Below are positions 1-8,525 of a stretch of 64,000 bases of DNA, in pieces. Origin of the DNA: a bacterium (GTDB lineage Bacteria; Patescibacteriota; Patescibacteriia; Patescibacteriales; XYC2-FULL-47-12); contig JAUYLZ010000022.1 of the NCBI GenBank assembly GCA_030698385.1, positions 1,301-65,300 of the forward strand, read 5' to 3'. The stretch's first letter is position 1, and every line of letters begins with the position of its first letter. The position numbers were made by a program, and so were the translations under genes. Below the pieces are notes generated by a model. That model worked only from the letters and a program-made list of their open reading frames with translations, had not been told where the DNA came from and made no database searches.

Positions 1-1118
1 GCGGCAGTACTACTCTGTTTATCGAAAACATCAGCATTCTAGCGGATAAAGCTATTCAGGACTGGCCGCTGTACTCGGGGCAGGAAACTTCAACTCGCTA
101 CGTTGATATGTCCAAACAAAACATCATTGACCCGCTGGGAACGCCGGAATCAAAGATGATCATGGATAAATGGATGAATTTTTATCTGAGCAGCTTGCCG
201 GCGGTTGAGGGATATATTAAACAAAAATTTCCCCGAAAAGAAAATGAAAAAGAATCTATTTATGACAAAGCCGCCAAAGCGCGCGCTTTTGACACCCTGC
301 GCGGTTTTTTGCCAGCCGGCATTACCACGCAATTAAGCTGGCATACTAACCTTCGTCAGGCCTGGGACAAGCTGGCTTTACTGCGATTCTGGCCATTGCC
401 GGAGGCGCGGACAATTGCTGAAAAAATGCATGCGTTGCTAAAACAAAAATATCCACACAGTTTCAGCCATGAATTAGTTGATGATCAGGAAAAATACCGA
501 GCGGAGCTTAATGATAAATACGCCTACTATAACGTGAACTTTTCCTCCAGCTTCAGCTATACAACATCGCTCTCAGCTGATAAAATAAGAATATACGATA
601 GTATCATCCAATCACGTCCGGAAAAAACCGGTTTGCCGAACTTTCTCGCTGAACTGGGACAAATCTCTTTTGAGTTCTTGCTCGACTTTGGGTCATTTCG
701 CGATATTCAGCGCCACCGCAATGGTGTCTGCCGCATGCCATTGCTAACCACTCAATTTGGCTTTAATAATTGGTATCTGGAACAACTGCCTGAGGCGCTC
801 AGAATGCGAGCCAATGAACTTATCAATGAACAAAAGCGCTCTATTGATCAATTAGTTGCCACTCCTGAAATTAAGCAGTACTATATCGCGCTGGGATTCA
901 ATATGGCCTGCAAAAATACCTATTCATTGCCAGCGGCCGTCTATGTGGCTGAGTTGCGTTCCGGCATTCCGGTTCACCCCAGTTTAAGAAAAATCGCCCA
1001 CCAGATGCACAACGCCATTATGGAAATTTACCCAAACATGCTGATGCATACCGACTTGCGGCTTGATGACTGGGATGTGCGGCGCGGCACGCAGGATATT
1101 ACGCAAAAGCAAAATTAA
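1..1118 (+). CDS. thyX: FAD-dependent thymidylate synthase ThyX-like, long tandem-Thy1 form; 5' end lies outside the window
   Basis: The frame of ORF 108..1118 stays open back to nt 3 (GSTTLFIENISILADKAIQDWPLYSGQETSTRYVD). An SxRY-type motif sits in the first half and FRDIQRHR in the second half. Two Thy1-like helices are present (LRQAWDKLALLRF and VYVAELRSG). Confidence 0.7.
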   Translation, partial: GSTTLFIENISILADKAIQDWPLYSGQETSTRYVDMSKQNIIDPLGTPESKMIMDKWMNFYLSSLPAVEGYIKQKFPRKENEKESIYDKAAKARAFDTLRGFLPAGITTQLSWHTNLRQAWDKLALLRFWPLPEARTIAEKMHALLKQKYPHSFSHELVDDQEKYRAELNDKYAYYNVNFSSSFSYTTSLSADKIRIYDSIIQSRPEKTGLPNFLAELGQISFEFLLDFGSFRDIQRHRNGVCRMPLLTTQFGFNNWYLEQLPEALRMRANELINEQKRSIDQLVATPEIKQYYIALGFNMACKNTYSLPAAVYVAELRSGIPVHPSLRKIAHQMHNAIMEIYPNMLMHTDLRLDDWDVRRGTQDITQKQN

Positions 1119-1147
1119 TAATAAAATCTTAGTAGAAAAACAAAATT

Positions 1148-1702
1148 ATGAAACTAATAATTGCTATTATCGGCCTGCCCGGATCGGGCAAAACCGTCGC
1201 CATTGAGTATTTGATGGAAAAATTGCATTGCCCCAAAATCTACTTTGGCGACGCTACTTTTGACGAGCTGAAAAAAAGGCGTATGGAAATCAATGAAACA
1301 AACGAACGCCAAATCAGAGAAGAACTGCGCGCCCAGCATGGCATGGCCGCCTTTGCGACAGTAAACTTGCCAAAAATTGAAACTGCTCTGGAAACTAACG
1401 ATGTAGTTCTGATTGAGAGCCTTTACAGCTGGGAGGAGTATTTAAAGCTAAAAGAAAAATTCGGCGAACAGTTGAATTTAATAACCATCTACTCATCGCC
1501 AAAAACCCGTTATGCCAGGCTGGTAAATAGGCCAATTCGCCCGCTGACCAATGAAGACGCGCGCAGCCGTGATCATTCCCAGATTGAAAATCTGCATCAA
1601 GCCGGACCGATAGCAATATCTGACTTTACGGTAATTAACGAAGGAGGTGTAGATGATCTGCATTCCGCGCTTGATGCCATTTTAAAAAAATTTAATATTT
1701 AA
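1148..1702 (+). CDS. P-loop nucleotide kinase (UPF0200 / dephospho-CoA-kinase-like family)
   Basis: Walker A motif IIGLPGSGKT at the N-terminus. It is about 184 aa with the layout of small NMP-kinase-like proteins and lies between thyX and tmk-dut. Confidence 0.5.
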   Translation: MKLIIAIIGLPGSGKTVAIEYLMEKLHCPKIYFGDATFDELKKRRMEINETNERQIREELRAQHGMAAFATVNLPKIETALETNDVVLIESLYSWEEYLKLKEKFGEQLNLITIYSSPKTRYARLVNRPIRPLTNEDARSRDHSQIENLHQAGPIAISDFTVINEGGVDDLHSALDAILKKFNI

Positions 1703-1750
1703 TAAATAAAAACAATAACCAGGAGGAATTGCGAATTAAGCAATTCTTTT

Positions 1751-2956
1751 TTGTTGAGCAACCCCATGCCCTTAGTTAACAATGAACAATCAAAAGGTAA
1801 ATTTATTGTCTTATACGGCATCAATAATCTTGGCAAAACCGTCCAGGCCGAGCTTTTGGTGGATAAACTTAATGAAGAAGGCTACAAAGCGGAATACTTG
1901 AAATACCCGATTTATGACTTAGTCCCCTCCGGCATGATTATTAATGACTATTTGCGCCACAGCAATTATTACAAACTTAGCCCGCGGGAAATACAGACTT
2001 TTTATACATTTAACCGCACTCAATTTCAACACGAGCTGGAAAAAAAGCTTGTCGGCGGCATCACCGTAATTGCCGAAGATTACACCGGCACCGGCCTTGC
2101 CTGGGGCATTGGCGCCGGCGTGGATGAAAACTTTCTTAAATATTTGAATAGTCATCTGCTGACTGAAGATCTGGCCATATTGCTTGATGGCGAGCGTTTT
2201 TCAGCGGGTATTGAAACCAACCATAAGCATGAGCGAGATTCCGAATTAACCGATCAAGTGCGTGAGGTGCATCTGCGTTTAGCGCTGGAAAAAAACTGGC
2301 AAGTTATAAACGCCAATCAGACTATTGAACAAGTTCATGAAAAAATCTGGCAACAAACGCAAAAAATTATCCGTAGTAATAATGATCAAATTTTTAACTA
2401 TATACAAAAAAAGGTAAAAAATACTCAAGCCGAAAAAATATCCGAAATGACCATTATCAATGAAACCTTCAATGAAAACATTCAATATCTTGGCAATAAT
2501 AATGAAGCAAAGGACTCGGATATTTCACAAAATCTTAAACTGAAAATTCAAAAAATTCCCCCTGATGCCAAAATCCCAACCCGCGCGCATGAGCATGATG
2601 CCGGTCTGGATATCTACGCGAATGACTACTACACGCTCTATGAAAATGAAAGAATCGCAATAGCTACCGGAATCAAACTGGCTATTCCGCCCGGCTATGT
2701 CGGTCTCGTTTGGGACAAAAGCGGTATTGCCGCCAGCGGTCTGCACGCAATCGGCGGTGTCATTGATTCTGATTATCGCGGTGAATTGAAAATTCTGGTT
2801 TATAACATCTCCGGTGATATTTATAATATTAAAAAAGGGCAAAAAATCGCCCAACTTTTAATCCAGGAAATAAAAACGCCGGATGTAATAGAATCCGGCG
2901 ATTTGAATGAAACAACGCGCAATGAGGGTGGGTTTGGTAGTAGTGGTATATATTAG
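1751..2956 (+). CDS. Fusion protein: thymidylate kinase-like N-terminal domain plus dUTPase C-terminal domain
   Basis: The N-terminal part has FIVLYGINNLGKT (P-loop) and a Tmk-like body. The C-terminal part has AGLDIYA, GVIDSDYRGEL and RNEGGFGSSG, which are the trimeric dUTPase motifs. The start may be ATG 1766 rather than TTG 1751. Confidence 0.75.
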   Translation: MLSNPMPLVNNEQSKGKFIVLYGINNLGKTVQAELLVDKLNEEGYKAEYLKYPIYDLVPSGMIINDYLRHSNYYKLSPREIQTFYTFNRTQFQHELEKKLVGGITVIAEDYTGTGLAWGIGAGVDENFLKYLNSHLLTEDLAILLDGERFSAGIETNHKHERDSELTDQVREVHLRLALEKNWQVINANQTIEQVHEKIWQQTQKIIRSNNDQIFNYIQKKVKNTQAEKISEMTIINETFNENIQYLGNNNEAKDSDISQNLKLKIQKIPPDAKIPTRAHEHDAGLDIYANDYYTLYENERIAIATGIKLAIPPGYVGLVWDKSGIAASGLHAIGGVIDSDYRGELKILVYNISGDIYNIKKGQKIAQLLIQEIKTPDVIESGDLNETTRNEGGFGSSGIY

Positions 2957-2965
2957 AAAAATTTA

Positions 2966-3127
2966 TTATTTAAACTCTCCTCTTTTTTTCTCCTTTTCTT
3001 TTTTCCGCAAATTTGACTCTACCCAATCCAAATCTAAACCGCTTCTATGCAGTGTGGTCTGCGGCACATTTACAAATTTTGGAATAATAACTGTTTTTAC
3101 CGCGGCAGTACTTTTTTCATCTTTCAT
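2966..3127 (-). CDS. Possible 53-aa small protein (MKDEKSTAAVKTVIIPKF...)
   Basis: The ORF is below the track cutoff. AGGAAGGA lies 7-8 nt upstream of the ATG. No recognisable family. Confidence 0.25.
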   Translation of the reverse strand: MKDEKSTAAVKTVIIPKFVNVPQTTLHRSGLDLDWVESNLRKKEKEKKRGEFK

Positions 3128-3202
3128 ATTCCCATCCTTCCTTAATTTATTTTAAAAAGATCGTTTTAATACATCTATACTATAATTTTTCTCATAAATC
3201 GT

Positions 3203-3226
3203 CAAGCTTAAAAAGGCTTGTTTTTT
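3203..3226 (+). terminator. Hairpin CAAGC-N8-GCTTG followed by T6
   Basis: Stem-loop plus T-run read directly from the sequence. It lies about 250 nt after the tmk-dut stop. Confidence 0.35.
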
Positions 3227-3260
3227 ACATATTTTTCAGCTAAACTAAAATAAGAGAATT

Positions 3261-3308
3261 TGTTTAAATGTTTAAATGTTTAAATGTTTTAGTGTTTAAA
3301 TGTTTATT
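3261..3308. repeat. Six tandem 8-mers (TGTTTAAA consensus) abutting the gatB start codon
   Basis: tgtttaaa x3, tgttttag, tgtttaaa, tgtttatt, then ATG at 3309. Confidence 0.9.
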
Positions 3309-4835
3309 ATGTCCTACGATGTCATTATCGGTCTGGAAGTGCATGTCCAGCCAAATACCAAAAGCAAAATGTTCTGCCGTTGCCGCAATCTCAACGAAGA
3401 TGTTGGTAAAGAGCCAAACTCAACCGTTTGCCCGATTTGTCTTGGCCATCCGGGGACTCTGCCGGTTATTAATAAAAAAGCGATTGAATTAACCGTTCTC
3501 GCCGGTTTGGCATTGGAGGGTGAAATTAATACCTACTCAAAATTTGACCGCAAGCACTACTTCTATCCGGACTTGCCAAAGGCCTATCAAATCTCCCAGT
3601 ACGACCTGCCGCTGGTCTATAACGGACATTTAAATATTGACGGTCATGATATAAAAATTACCCGTATTCATCTCGAAGAAGACGCCGGCAAACTGACGCA
3701 TCCGGCCGGAAAAAACTATTCGCTCGCCGATTACAACCGCGCCAGTTCCCCGCTGATGGAGCTTGTCACGGAACCCGTAATTAAATCCGCCCAAGAAGCA
3801 AAAAAATTCTGCCAGAAATACCAGCAAATCCTCCGCTATCTCGAAATCGCCGAAGCAGACATGGAAAAAGGCCAGATGCGCTGTGAGGCAAACCTAAGCC
3901 TGCAGGAAAAAGGCAAATGGCGCTACGATGAAGAAAAAGGCGCAATTGAGCCGATCGGCAATTATAAACTCAACGGCAAAGTTGAACTGAAAAATATTAA
4001 TTCTTTTAAAGCGATGGAGCGCGCGATTGAGTATGAAATCAGGCGGCAAACAGAAGCGCTCAATAATAACGAGACAATCCCGCAGGAAACGCGCGGCTGG
4101 GATGAAGATACGCAAAAAACCGTTAGCCAGCGTTCAAAGGAAGAGGCGAATGATTACAGATATTTTCCTGATCCGGATATCTCGCCTTTTGTCATTGATG
4201 CCGACTGGCTGAAAAAAATCAGAGCGGACTTGGTTGAGCTCCCTGACGCAAAAATTGCCCGATTCAAAAAGCAATACGGTTTTTCGCTATATGACGCTGA
4301 AATGCTAACCGCTGACAAAAATGTGGCTAAATTTGTTGAAGAAGTGATTTCTGAGTTACGCGCTTGGGTAAATACCAATGGCCACAACTGGGAAACGGCG
4401 CAGACAAAGCTGGCTAAACTCACCGGCAACTGGATTGGTACGGAGCTGTTTAAATATTTCAATGAAACCAAAACCGGCATTAAAGATATTAAAATTACCG
4501 CCGAAAATTTCGCGGAATTTATCGCGATTATTTTTGAGGACAAGGTAAACTCAACGGCGGCGCAAATAATTTTTAAAGAATTATACGAAAACGGCGGTGA
4601 TCCGTCAGATATCATGAAAGCTAAAAAATTAGAACAAATGGACAATGACGATGAACTTTCCGATATTATTCATGAAGTTATCGCGAAAAATGAAAAAGCG
4701 GTAAATGAATTCAAATCCGGTAAAGAAAATGCTCTTCAGTTCTTGGTCGGACAGGTCATGGCGGCGAGCAAAGGCAAGGCCAATCCACAAAAAACAAAAG
4801 AATTACTGGAAAAAAATATTAAAAATAACGCCTGA
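3300..4835 (+). CDS. gatB: Asp/Glu-tRNA amidotransferase subunit B
   Basis: YDVIIGLEVHVQ, CPICLGHPGTLP and a C-terminal GatB/YqeY tail (LQFLVGQVMAASKGKANP). The likely true start is ATG 3309 (MSYDV). Confidence 0.95.
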   Translation: MFIMSYDVIIGLEVHVQPNTKSKMFCRCRNLNEDVGKEPNSTVCPICLGHPGTLPVINKKAIELTVLAGLALEGEINTYSKFDRKHYFYPDLPKAYQISQYDLPLVYNGHLNIDGHDIKITRIHLEEDAGKLTHPAGKNYSLADYNRASSPLMELVTEPVIKSAQEAKKFCQKYQQILRYLEIAEADMEKGQMRCEANLSLQEKGKWRYDEEKGAIEPIGNYKLNGKVELKNINSFKAMERAIEYEIRRQTEALNNNETIPQETRGWDEDTQKTVSQRSKEEANDYRYFPDPDISPFVIDADWLKKIRADLVELPDAKIARFKKQYGFSLYDAEMLTADKNVAKFVEEVISELRAWVNTNGHNWETAQTKLAKLTGNWIGTELFKYFNETKTGIKDIKITAENFAEFIAIIFEDKVNSTAAQIIFKELYENGGDPSDIMKAKKLEQMDNDDELSDIIHEVIAKNEKAVNEFKSGKENALQFLVGQVMAASKGKANPQKTKELLEKNIKNNA

Positions 4836-4940
4836 TTATTTTTGATATAATCTATTGCCAGACAAAAAATAAATTAAAAAAATTGTTCATTTGCACCTTA
4901 CAAATACTGGTTTTAAAACCAACAAAAAAAGGAGAAAATC

Positions 4941-5618
4941 ATGAAAAAACAGTACAGACACGGATATTGGAAAGATTTGTTTTATGGCGCCAAAAGCACT
5001 CTACGCGACATTTCAACTACGAAGCTAAATAACTTTATTGCCAACAGCTGGACTTTTCCCAGCCACCGCAAACTGGTTGCTCAAGAGCTAATCCGCAGAA
5101 ATGAGCTGCACGGTTTGCAATTCGTTATCAAATATGGGCCAACTTATTTCTTGAGATGGCGCGCCTCGCGTCAAGCACTGAAACATCCGGACATGGGAGC
5201 CGGCTTTGCCGCGCATATTATGGAGTACGATTGGCTGCACTGTTTTTCCGCCTGGCGCTGGCTAATGAAAAAGGATTTGCGTCACTCATACGAAAGAGCG
5301 ATGATTAGCAGCGTGGTGATTAGCTGTTGTTCATTTTTTTGGAAAAGCGTTGCGTTCATTAAGTTGCTGCGCCTGGGCGTTACCGCTGGAGAATTAACAT
5401 CTCTGATTATGTACGGAACGCCGTTTTGGCAAGAAATTGCCTGGCAGCTGCTCCCGTTCCTGAATGATAAACATTATATAAGAAACATAAATTTCATCTA
5501 CGCCTGCAGCTATGAAAAAAGTCCGAAAATTTGGGGCGGCAATCCGGATAAATGGAAAAAGCGAGCCGCCAAAATTCTTGAATTAAACAATTTACCAAAA
5601 CATGAATTTGACTGGTAA
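4941..5618 (+). CDS. Hypothetical Trp-rich protein
   Basis: Long ORF with AAAGGAGAA upstream of the ATG and its own terminator. No recognisable motif. Confidence 0.5.
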   Translation: MKKQYRHGYWKDLFYGAKSTLRDISTTKLNNFIANSWTFPSHRKLVAQELIRRNELHGLQFVIKYGPTYFLRWRASRQALKHPDMGAGFAAHIMEYDWLHCFSAWRWLMKKDLRHSYERAMISSVVISCCSFFWKSVAFIKLLRLGVTAGELTSLIMYGTPFWQEIAWQLLPFLNDKHYIRNINFIYACSYEKSPKIWGGNPDKWKKRAAKILELNNLPKHEFDW

Positions 5619-5639
5619 TAATTGTTTTCCACACCTCAA

Positions 5640-5669
5640 ACGAGACTGCCATAGTCTCGTTTTCTTTTT
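5640..5669 (+). terminator. Rho-independent terminator after ORF 4941..5618
   Basis: ACGAGACT-gccat-AGTCTCGT followed by TTTCTTTTT. Confidence 0.6.
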
Positions 5670-5700
5670 CTTTCATTTTTCCTAATAAAAATACCCTCTC

Positions 5701-5729
5701 TTGACAAATATTTTGCCATAATATATATT
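5701..5729 (+). promoter_or_regulatory. Sigma70-like promoter TTGACA-17-TATATT
   Basis: Hexamers and 17-nt spacing read directly from the sequence. Confidence 0.5.
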
Positions 5730-5735
5730 AATAAA

Positions 5736-5867
5736 AATACCTAAAAATTTAAATTAATGTCGCGCAAACAACCAAACAATTATCAGAACCGAATGTCTGA
5801 ACGCAAAACTTCAGACAATAATAATATTTTTTAATTTCCAATCTCCCAGTAACGGGAGATTTTTTTA
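5736..5867 (+). ncRNA. Candidate ~130-nt independent transcript (sRNA or 25-aa micropeptide MSRKQPNNYQNRMSERKTSDNNNIF, 5757..5834)
   Basis: Bounded by the promoter at 5701..5729 and by the terminator ATCTCCC-agtaac-GGGAGAT+T7 at 5841..5867. There is no SD before the ATG. Confidence 0.3.
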
Positions 5868-5965
5868 TAACCGATCTTTTTAGATCTTTACAATAAAATA
5901 AGCGTATAATAAACCGTAAGGTTTTTTATATAAATAATAAAAATAGCTGAGGGAGGAACAAAACC

Positions 5966-6172
5966 ATGATATGCCCACATTGCCAAAAGGAGATCACCCA
6001 ACAACATGAGGTACATGAAATTGATGAGAAACTATACCATTATCGTTGGGCCGATATTGGCCACACCTCATGTTACTGGCAAGAAATGGAAAAACAAGAA
6101 TTGCTTATTAACGGCGTTCACCCTATGTTCACAAAACAACAATTAGTTTCTTCCATAACGCAAGCTGCTTAA
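5966..6172 (+). CDS. Hypothetical small protein with N-terminal CxxC
   Basis: GAGGGAGG sits 8 nt before the ATG, the protein starts MICPHCQ, and a terminator follows. Confidence 0.5.
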   Translation: MICPHCQKEITQQHEVHEIDEKLYHYRWADIGHTSCYWQEMEKQELLINGVHPMFTKQQLVSSITQAA

Positions 6173-6200
6173 AAAAATAGTTCTTTAAATACCTCAACCA

Positions 6201-6240
6201 AAAAAAGGCAAGTCTTCAAAAACTTGCCCTTCTTTTTTTT
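6201..6240. terminator. Bidirectional terminator between ORF 5966..6172 and miaA
   Basis: A-run, GGCAAGT-N8-ACTTGCC, T-run. Confidence 0.6.
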
Positions 6241-6280
6241 AACCGATTAAATGCGGCGACTTTGCCAAAGATAAAATTAT

Positions 6281-7210
6281 TTAAAGCCAATGCTTTACGA
6301 TTTTTTTTGCCTGCGAATAATTTTTTATCCAATTTATCACCCTGCCCTGCCGCTCCCAGCGCCGCAACCATGACATTTGGCGTTTGGCAAACTGGTGAAT
6401 GGCCGTACTCAAATCATCAATAAACTCATCTTTTAGCGTAATGCCATTTACGAAATAGGTCGTATGTTTATACTCAAGACCGAAGCTTTTTAGCCGCCGC
6501 CAGCTTATTCCTTCCGCGTGCAAACGTTCTACTTCTTCAATCAGGCCTTCATTTTCAATTCGTTGAACTAATCGTTTATCGATTTTTTTATTTATTTTTT
6601 CACGGTCCAAATTAATACCCAGCAATAAACAGTCGTAATCACTGCCTTTTTTTTGCAAAGTTTCGGTCAGCGGTTTTTCCGTTTGTTTCACAATCTCAAT
6701 ATAACGAATTAAGTAGCGCTTATTTTGAATTATACTTTGAAAACTCGGATCCAATTTTTTTAGTATCTTTTGCAACTCTTTAATCGGCTTTTTTTTCAAA
6801 CTATTTCGCAACTCCTTATCCGGCTTCACATTATTAAGGCTGTAACCGTCAACAATTGCCTGTGCATAAAGTCCGGTGCCACCGACTAAAATTGGCAATT
6901 TGCCTCGCTGTTGAATATTTTTAATTGCTTTACTCGCGCATTTTATATATTTAGCCAAATTAAAATCTGTCTTTGGGCTGACAACATCAATACAATGGTA
7001 ATTAATTTTTTGAATTTTGTAGTTTAAAATTTTCAAAATATACTCATCTAAATCCTTTCCGGTGCCAACATCCATGCCCTTATAAACCTGCCGGCTATCA
7101 GCGCTGACAATTTCACCATCAAAGATACTGGCCAATTTCACGGCTAGCTTGGTTTTTCCAGTGGCGGTAGGACCGACAATTACTAGTAGTTTTTTATTGC
7201 CTTTTTTCAT
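6281..7210 (-). CDS. miaA: tRNA dimethylallyltransferase
   Basis: VIVGPTATGKT P-loop, SADSRQVYKGMDVGTGK and overall MiaA length. Confidence 0.9.
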   Translation of the reverse strand: MKKGNKKLLVIVGPTATGKTKLAVKLASIFDGEIVSADSRQVYKGMDVGTGKDLDEYILKILNYKIQKINYHCIDVVSPKTDFNLAKYIKCASKAIKNIQQRGKLPILVGGTGLYAQAIVDGYSLNNVKPDKELRNSLKKKPIKELQKILKKLDPSFQSIIQNKRYLIRYIEIVKQTEKPLTETLQKKGSDYDCLLLGINLDREKINKKIDKRLVQRIENEGLIEEVERLHAEGISWRRLKSFGLEYKHTTYFVNGITLKDEFIDDLSTAIHQFAKRQMSWLRRWERQGRVINWIKNYSQAKKIVKHWL

Positions 7211-7247
7211 AGTAATTTACTATAACATACTATTGAAAAAAATACAA

Positions 7248-7274
7248 TAAAGACGGTTTTTACACCGTCTTTTA
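7248..7274. terminator. Hairpin AGACGGT-N6-ACCGTCT flanked by A/T runs
   Basis: Read directly from the sequence. It separates the SH3b gene from miaA. Confidence 0.5.
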
Positions 7275-7313
7275 CACTTTTTTTCCATTTTAAATTGCCC
7301 ACGATTCAGCCTG

Positions 7314-7943
7314 CTATTTTTCTACAACATACTCGCCAGATACATAGCCAGTATGCCCGGCATCATCAATGACAAGCTTGTACCAATTAGTATCGGTTTT
7401 TTCCAGCCACTCATACTCCTCGCCGCTGTTTAATTTTTTGATAATATCTCCAGTCTCAACATCCGGTTCGGTGCGGACATTGAGCCAGCCCAGATCAGAA
7501 CTAACCTCTACTAATTTTCTCTCGGAAAAAATATCTCTTCCCTCCGAAGTCTCCGGCTGATTCTCACTATCTACAACCTCCGGCTCATTTTGAACAACCG
7601 CGTCTGTTTGGTCATTAGTCATGTCAGTACTATCATCCGCGACTTCTTCAGCGCTTGTTTGTTCATCTGATGTTTTATCATTATCTCCTAAAAGAGTGTC
7701 TTTAAAAAACCACGGATAAAGCCCAATTAAAACTATTACTAAGCAGATCAAAAGAAACGCCGTGCGCTTGATTAATTTATTCAGAAGTTGGCTCTCCAAA
7801 ATTGTTCCTTTTGGTTTGGAAAAACCATGAAAATCATTTAATTCTTTGATCTCTGTTTCCGCTTCGGCCAAAAGTTCTTTTAATTCTATAATTTCCTGAT
7901 CCTTTTTTTTGATCATTTCACGGTATCTTTTTTCATCAGTCAT
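7314..7943 (-). CDS. Membrane-anchored protein with C-terminal bacterial SH3 domain
   Basis: N-terminal coiled coil, one TM helix (FLLICLVIVLIGLYPWFF), an acidic linker and a C-terminal WLNVRTEPD...WYKL...GYV SH3b pattern. Confidence 0.6.
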   Translation of the reverse strand: MTDEKRYREMIKKKDQEIIELKELLAEAETEIKELNDFHGFSKPKGTILESQLLNKLIKRTAFLLICLVIVLIGLYPWFFKDTLLGDNDKTSDEQTSAEEVADDSTDMTNDQTDAVVQNEPEVVDSENQPETSEGRDIFSERKLVEVSSDLGWLNVRTEPDVETGDIIKKLNSGEEYEWLEKTDTNWYKLVIDDAGHTGYVSGEYVVEK

Positions 7944-8091
7944 AAATTTTCAGTAGTAAATTTAAGATGTGTATATTATTTATCATTATAGCACATCAAT
8001 AAAAATAAATTAAATCTTGGTAAATATTGACTAATTTATTGAAAGTTTCAAGCCACTTTTAGTTAAGTTAAAAACAAGACTGCCTGACATC

Positions 8092-8125
8092 AAAAAAACC
8101 GCGATTTTATTCGCGGTCTTTTTTT
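8092..8125. terminator. Bidirectional terminator ACCGCGA-N6-TCGCGGT
   Basis: A7 upstream and T7 downstream of a 7-bp GC-rich stem. Confidence 0.6.
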
Positions 8126-8137
8126 AATTTCTTGTAT

Positions 8138-8479
8138 TTAATGCATCGTACCACTGTCAGGCAAACTTTTCCATTCTTTTCTATTTATATATTTTAGCTT
8201 ATCAATATCATTTTTCATTGGTACAAGTTGTTCATCACCCCACCTGAGAACAGTTGATTCATTAGCTTTTTTCTTAAGTTCTTCTCTTATATCATTCATC
8301 TGATCTTGCAGGCCATTCATCTGATTTTGCAGGCCATTCATTTGATCCTGAACACCTTGAAAACTTTGATTAATAGAAGAAGTTATCAAAGTCTCTGAAA
8401 CTTCAATTCTTTTATCAACTTCTTGTTGTACAACACTTCTAACTATTTGTTCTATTTGTTTTAAATCTTCGGTATTCAT
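8138..8479 (-). CDS. Hypothetical coiled-coil protein with MNGLQ(N/D)Q repeats
   Basis: ORF with its own terminator. No recognised family. Confidence 0.45.
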   Translation of the reverse strand: MNTEDLKQIEQIVRSVVQQEVDKRIEVSETLITSSINQSFQGVQDQMNGLQNQMNGLQDQMNDIREELKKKANESTVLRWGDEQLVPMKNDIDKLKYINRKEWKSLPDSGTMH

Positions 8480-8525
8480 ATTTACGTTAAAAAAATAGAT
8501 ATGTATTATAACACACTTGCCAATG

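Noticed and set aside
3261-3308. Tandem repeats considered as a CRISPR-like array. The same was considered for the AATTTTCA and ATGCAAAT repeats.
   Set aside because: The units are 8 nt and contiguous, with no spacers, and the other repeats are irregular inverted motifs. No cas genes are present.
3268-3492. 74-aa ORF overlapping the 5' end of gatB.
   Set aside because: It starts at one of the ATGs generated by the tandem TGTTTAAA repeat and is out of frame with the strongly conserved gatB sequence.
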